Shown here: in pieces, positions 35,857 through 38,658 of the stretch
Numbering within the stretch: position 1 is the first letter of the stretch
Layout: each line of letters opens with the position of its first letter
Source: an uncultured Desulfobacteraceae bacterium
Lineage (GTDB): Bacteria > Desulfobacterota > DSM-4660 > Desulfatiglandales > B25-G16
Reading direction: 5' to 3'
Assembly: GCA_964434795.1 (NCBI GenBank)
Contig: CAYSWP010000001.1
Location: forward strand, 1,363 to 40,020
Length of the DNA: 38,658 nt
Translations under genes and position numbers: made by a program
The notes under the pieces: generated by a model
Told to the model about the DNA's origin: nothing
The model's input: only the letters and a program-made list of their open reading frames with translations
Database searches by the model: none

Positions 35857-37299
35857 TTATTTTTTCTTTTTTGTTATAACTATATAGCTGGTATGGCCCC
35901 CACGCATTACGACCATGAGGATTTGCTTTTTTGAAGATGATTTTTTTATTATCCCTCTGTAATCATCCATATTTTTAACTAATTCATTCTCTATTTCCTG
36001 AATCAAATCGCCTCTTCGCAATCCTGCCTCAGAGGCTGGGCTGCCCTTTCTTACCCCTGACACGACAACTCCCTTTTCATCTTTCAATGATAACGATTCT
36101 GCAAGTTCAGAGGTTAGCTCCTGGACGGATAAACCAAGTTTTTCTTCAGTCTCAGGGGCAGTAGCGCCTGCCATTGCTTTTTCCTCTGTGAGCTCTCCTA
36201 CCTGAATTGTTAGCTTCTTATTCTCTCCCTTTCTAACTATAACTACCTCTACTTTTTTACCTACAGGGGTTTCTGCTACAATGGACGGTAAAAATTTCAT
36301 TTCTTTTACCTTTTTCCCATCAAAGACAGTTATGACATCCCCCCTTTGCAGCCCCCCTTTCTCAGCAGGACTATCATTTGTTACCTCAGCAATAAGAGCT
36401 CCCTCTGTTACTTCAAGGTCAAATTTTTCCTTTATTTCAGGAGTAACAGTTTGTATGGTAACACCAAGCCACCCCCGGACGACCTTCCCTTTATCCTTCA
36501 ACTGAGACATAACTGATTTTGCCATATTAATAGGTATTGCGAAACCTATGCCTACATTTCCTCCACCAGGCGCAACAATTGCGGTGTTAATTCCAACTAC
36601 CTCTCCATCTAAATTGAATAATGGTCCGCCTGAATTCCCAGGATTAATAGATGCATCTGTCTGGATAAAATTATCATATGGGCCTGCGCCGATTATTCTC
36701 CCTTTTGCGCTAACAATACCTGCAGTTACAGTATTTCCCAAGCCAAATGGATTGCCAATGGCCACAACCCAATCGCCTACCCTTAACTTATCAGAATCTC
36801 CCAGTTTGGCGGCGGTTATCTTTTTATCCACCTCAATTTTTATCAAGGCAATATCGGTTTTTTCGTCCCGGCCTATAATCTTTGCCTCGTATTTTTCATT
36901 TTCTGAAAATGTTACCTGTATTTCATCTGCATCTGCAACTACATGGTTGTTTGTCAATATATATCCGTCATCGCTTACAATAAAACCTGACCCAAGGCTC
37001 CTCTGTTTCATTGTATCTTCAGGATCTCCACCAAAGAAGTGCTTGAAAAACTCATCACCAAAAAAATCCCTCATCTCCCTCCCCTGAAACTGGGGAAGTC
37101 TTTTCGTTGTTTTAACTGTCTTTGTTGTGCTTATATTCACAGCAGCGCTTCCCTGCCTGGCTGCCAATTCTGCAAAACTATCAGGCACGGAATTTTTAGC
37201 CAAACTATTATTGGATACCCCTAAACCTAATATAAAGGTCATAATCATGACCATAAAAATAAAAGTTCTATTGTTTAATCGAAAATATTTTTCTCTCAT
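35857..37299 (-). CDS. htrA: Periplasmic serine endoprotease DegP/HtrA family (two PDZ domains)
   Basis: It has a signal/TM segment. The catalytic regions are TNNHVV, DIALIKI and GNSGGPLF. Two PDZ-like segments are present (GALIAEV...GDVI, GVVVSGV...GDLI). Confidence 0.9.
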   Translation of the reverse strand: MREKYFRLNNRTFIFMVMIMTFILGLGVSNNSLAKNSVPDSFAELAARQGSAAVNISTTKTVKTTKRLPQFQGREMRDFFGDEFFKHFFGGDPEDTMKQRSLGSGFIVSDDGYILTNNHVVADADEIQVTFSENEKYEAKIIGRDEKTDIALIKIEVDKKITAAKLGDSDKLRVGDWVVAIGNPFGLGNTVTAGIVSAKGRIIGAGPYDNFIQTDASINPGNSGGPLFNLDGEVVGINTAIVAPGGGNVGIGFAIPINMAKSVMSQLKDKGKVVRGWLGVTIQTVTPEIKEKFDLEVTEGALIAEVTNDSPAEKGGLQRGDVITVFDGKKVKEMKFLPSIVAETPVGKKVEVVIVRKGENKKLTIQVGELTEEKAMAGATAPETEEKLGLSVQELTSELAESLSLKDEKGVVVSGVRKGSPASEAGLRRGDLIQEIENELVKNMDDYRGIIKKSSSKKQILMVVMRGGHTSYIVITKKKK

Positions 37300-37450
37300 T
37301 TGCTTTTACCTCCTTGTCGATCTCCACTGAAATATCATTGCATCTTTTCATTAAATTAGCTGAAGACACCGCAATTTTTTATACTACATACACATTGCCC
37401 TAACAATGCCTTAAATATTCATTGATTCTAATTCATTAACCAATTTCTTA

Positions 37451-37939
37451 CTATTTTTCCTCTTTATTCTCTAACCTGCCAAGTCTTTCAGTTGCCATAG
37501 CCAGCTCCCTTCTCATTGCAACCATCTCTTCCTGTAGCCGGGCCGCCTCATCATGTTCATGGTCATCAATATCCGGTAGGGCCGCTTCATCGCTGCATGG
37601 TCTCGCCCCCTCGATCTGGCCTCCTATGTATGCTTCTATAATACTTTTAACCATACCGGATACACCTGTGATAGCCTCAATTCCAAACTCCGCAAAAAAG
37701 CCAATAGCCTTTGGTCCCATACCACCGGAAATTATTACATGGGCACCTAAGCTATTTATAAAACTGGGGACCTCCCCAGGCTGGCCATGACTGTCATATG
37801 CTGGATTTTTTACTGAGCTTACCTCCTTGACCTTATTATCTTGAATATCCACTAATACATAATATGGGCATCTTCCAAAATGGTGACTTAAAATAGCATC
37901 TAATCCCCTGTCATCGTCTGTGGCTAATGCAACTTTCAT
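37451..37939 (-). CDS. NifB/NifX-family (dinitrogenase FeMo-cofactor biosynthesis domain) protein with a C-terminal charged coiled-coil tail
   Basis: MKVALATDD ... HFGRCPYYVLVDI ... VIISGGMGPKAIGFF is typical of the NifX_NifB fold. An extra ~40 aa of acidic/helical tail follows (DDHEHDEAARLQEEMVAMRRELAMATERLGRLENKEEK). Confidence 0.7.
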   Translation of the reverse strand: MKVALATDDDRGLDAILSHHFGRCPYYVLVDIQDNKVKEVSSVKNPAYDSHGQPGEVPSFINSLGAHVIISGGMGPKAIGFFAEFGIEAITGVSGMVKSIIEAYIGGQIEGARPCSDEAALPDIDDHEHDEAARLQEEMVAMRRELAMATERLGRLENKEEK

Positions 37940-37979
37940 AATCCTATTCTCCTCTCGTCTGAATTTTGTTTAATATTTC

Positions 37980-37991
37980 GTGAACGTTCAC
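37980..37991. promoter_or_regulatory. Perfect 12-bp palindrome GTGAACGTTCAC, 41 nt upstream of the NifX-like start codon
   Basis: Read directly. A half-site GTGAACA recurs at 38032-38038. Confidence 0.45.
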
Positions 37992-38232
37992 ATGTTCCGG
38001 GCTCACCTCTGCCCGACGTATTGCAGGCATCGTGAACACTGCCTTTCTGCCTTTTTATAATGCTTGCATATCAAACCGAAACAATCATTCACCACGGAGA
38101 CACGGAGAGCACAGAGCCTTCTTCATTATGTTTTCTGTTTCTTTAGTGTGGAGGGTGATGAAAATCGAATGGCCCAATACTTCATAACCGTATTATTTAA
38201 GCTATTAATCCCTGTACACTGACCATTGAACC

Positions 38233-38244
38233 GTAAACGTTTAC
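38233..38244. promoter_or_regulatory. Perfect 12-bp palindrome GTAAACGTTTAC
   Basis: Read directly. It has the same RTRAAC-GTTYAY pattern as 37980-37991. Confidence 0.4.
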
Positions 38245-38415
38245 TTTTTTCTATGCCTGTAAAATTTTAAGAATATACCTGTAATTTTAAACACATGTGT
38301 CATTATAATCCCTTACAAGGTATAACGAACAGAATAATAATTACTTACTATAAGCCACTTATTGTAAGGGGCTTATAAAAGAAGAAATTAATACAGGCAG
38401 CATTAGATGTCAAGG

Positions 38416-38430
38416 TATGAACAGTTCATA
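38416..38430. promoter_or_regulatory. Palindrome TATGAAC-a-GTTCATA
   Basis: It has 7-bp perfect arms and a 1-nt spacer, and shares the GAAC/GTTC core with the other two palindromes. Confidence 0.3.
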
Positions 38431-38575
38431 TAGACTCTATAGACTTAGAATTAATTCAAGTTCTATCTGTTGTATTGTATAGGGTTAACAATAAAAAGAC
38501 TCTCTCAGTTTTTACAATAATATTAATTCTCCAAGTTTGAATATATATAATGCGGCTTAGCCATATCTACGAATC

Positions 38576-38612
38576 AAAAAAGCATGCCCGGTCCTACGCA
38601 GTCCGGGCATGC
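38576..38612 (-). terminator. Rho-independent terminator (minus strand) for a gene lying beyond the right edge of the window
   Basis: A 10-bp GC-rich stem (gcatgcccgg at 38582-38591 pairs with ccgggcatgc at 38603-38612) has an 11-nt loop and is followed on the minus strand by TTTTTT (38576-38581). Confidence 0.75.
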
Positions 38613-38658
38613 CCTGTTTCTCATTGTTTATCTAAAACATTGTTTAAGAAACAATTTT

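Noticed and set aside
1-38658. A search for CRISPR arrays, tRNA/rRNA/tmRNA/RNase P genes, toxin-antitoxin pairs, restriction-modification or other defence genes, integrases and prophage remnants.
   Set aside because: I found none. There is no regularly spaced repeat array and no tRNA-like T-arm or acceptor pattern in any intergenic region. Every ORF longer than 100 aa outside shadow frames has a housekeeping, metabolic or envelope assignment.

Overview
This 38.7-kb window is gene-dense and reads as ordinary core chromosome of an anaerobic bacterium. I call 36 protein-coding genes. I found no rRNA, tRNA, CRISPR array, transposase, integrase, phage gene or recognisable defence gene. The gene content (two four-subunit 2-oxoacid:ferredoxin oxidoreductases, beta-oxidation enzymes, a Tat-signal ApbE, a NifX-like protein, a long-form HflX) suggests a Desulfobacterota (deltaproteobacterial-type) organism, but that is inference only. 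Layout: (1) 1-1191 +, a partial YbbR-like gene and a transglutaminase-like gene. (2) 1441-8161 +, a seven-gene envelope cluster: TPR-like secreted protein, MacB/Lol-type ABC ATPase and FtsX permease, LolA-like periplasmic protein, uncharacterised beta-barrel, and a LytS/LytTR two-component pair. (3) 8253-19519 -, sirtuin, nadC, valS, a hyper-acidic protein, then acyl-CoA dehydrogenase, thiolase and a fused hydroxyacyl-CoA dehydrogenase/enoyl-CoA hydratase. (4) 19723-24722 +, oxidoreductase set 1 (delta-alpha-beta-gamma), gltX and an enoyl-CoA hydratase. (5) 24800-29525 -, a second acyl-CoA dehydrogenase, an ACT protein and oxidoreductase set 2 in mirror orientation. (6) 29940-37939, apbE (+), then hflX, dnaB, rplI, rpsR, rpsF, htrA and a NifX-like gene (all -). 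(7) 37940-38575, a ~640-bp ORF-free AT-rich region carrying three related AACGTT-core palindromes, followed by a strong minus-strand terminator. I did not find convincing evidence for a wholly new multi-gene system. The best candidate is the regulated ABC/LolA-like/beta-barrel module, which also has a 7-nt tandem repeat at the 5' end of the carrier gene. The other non-obvious signals are two non-autonomous MITE-like insertions with terminal inverted repeats and target-site duplications that sit exactly on stop codons, plus a truncated third copy; an hflX N-terminus encoded upstream of any canonical start codon; and a 40% Asp/Glu protein. All family assignments come from motif reading by eye, since no database search was possible.
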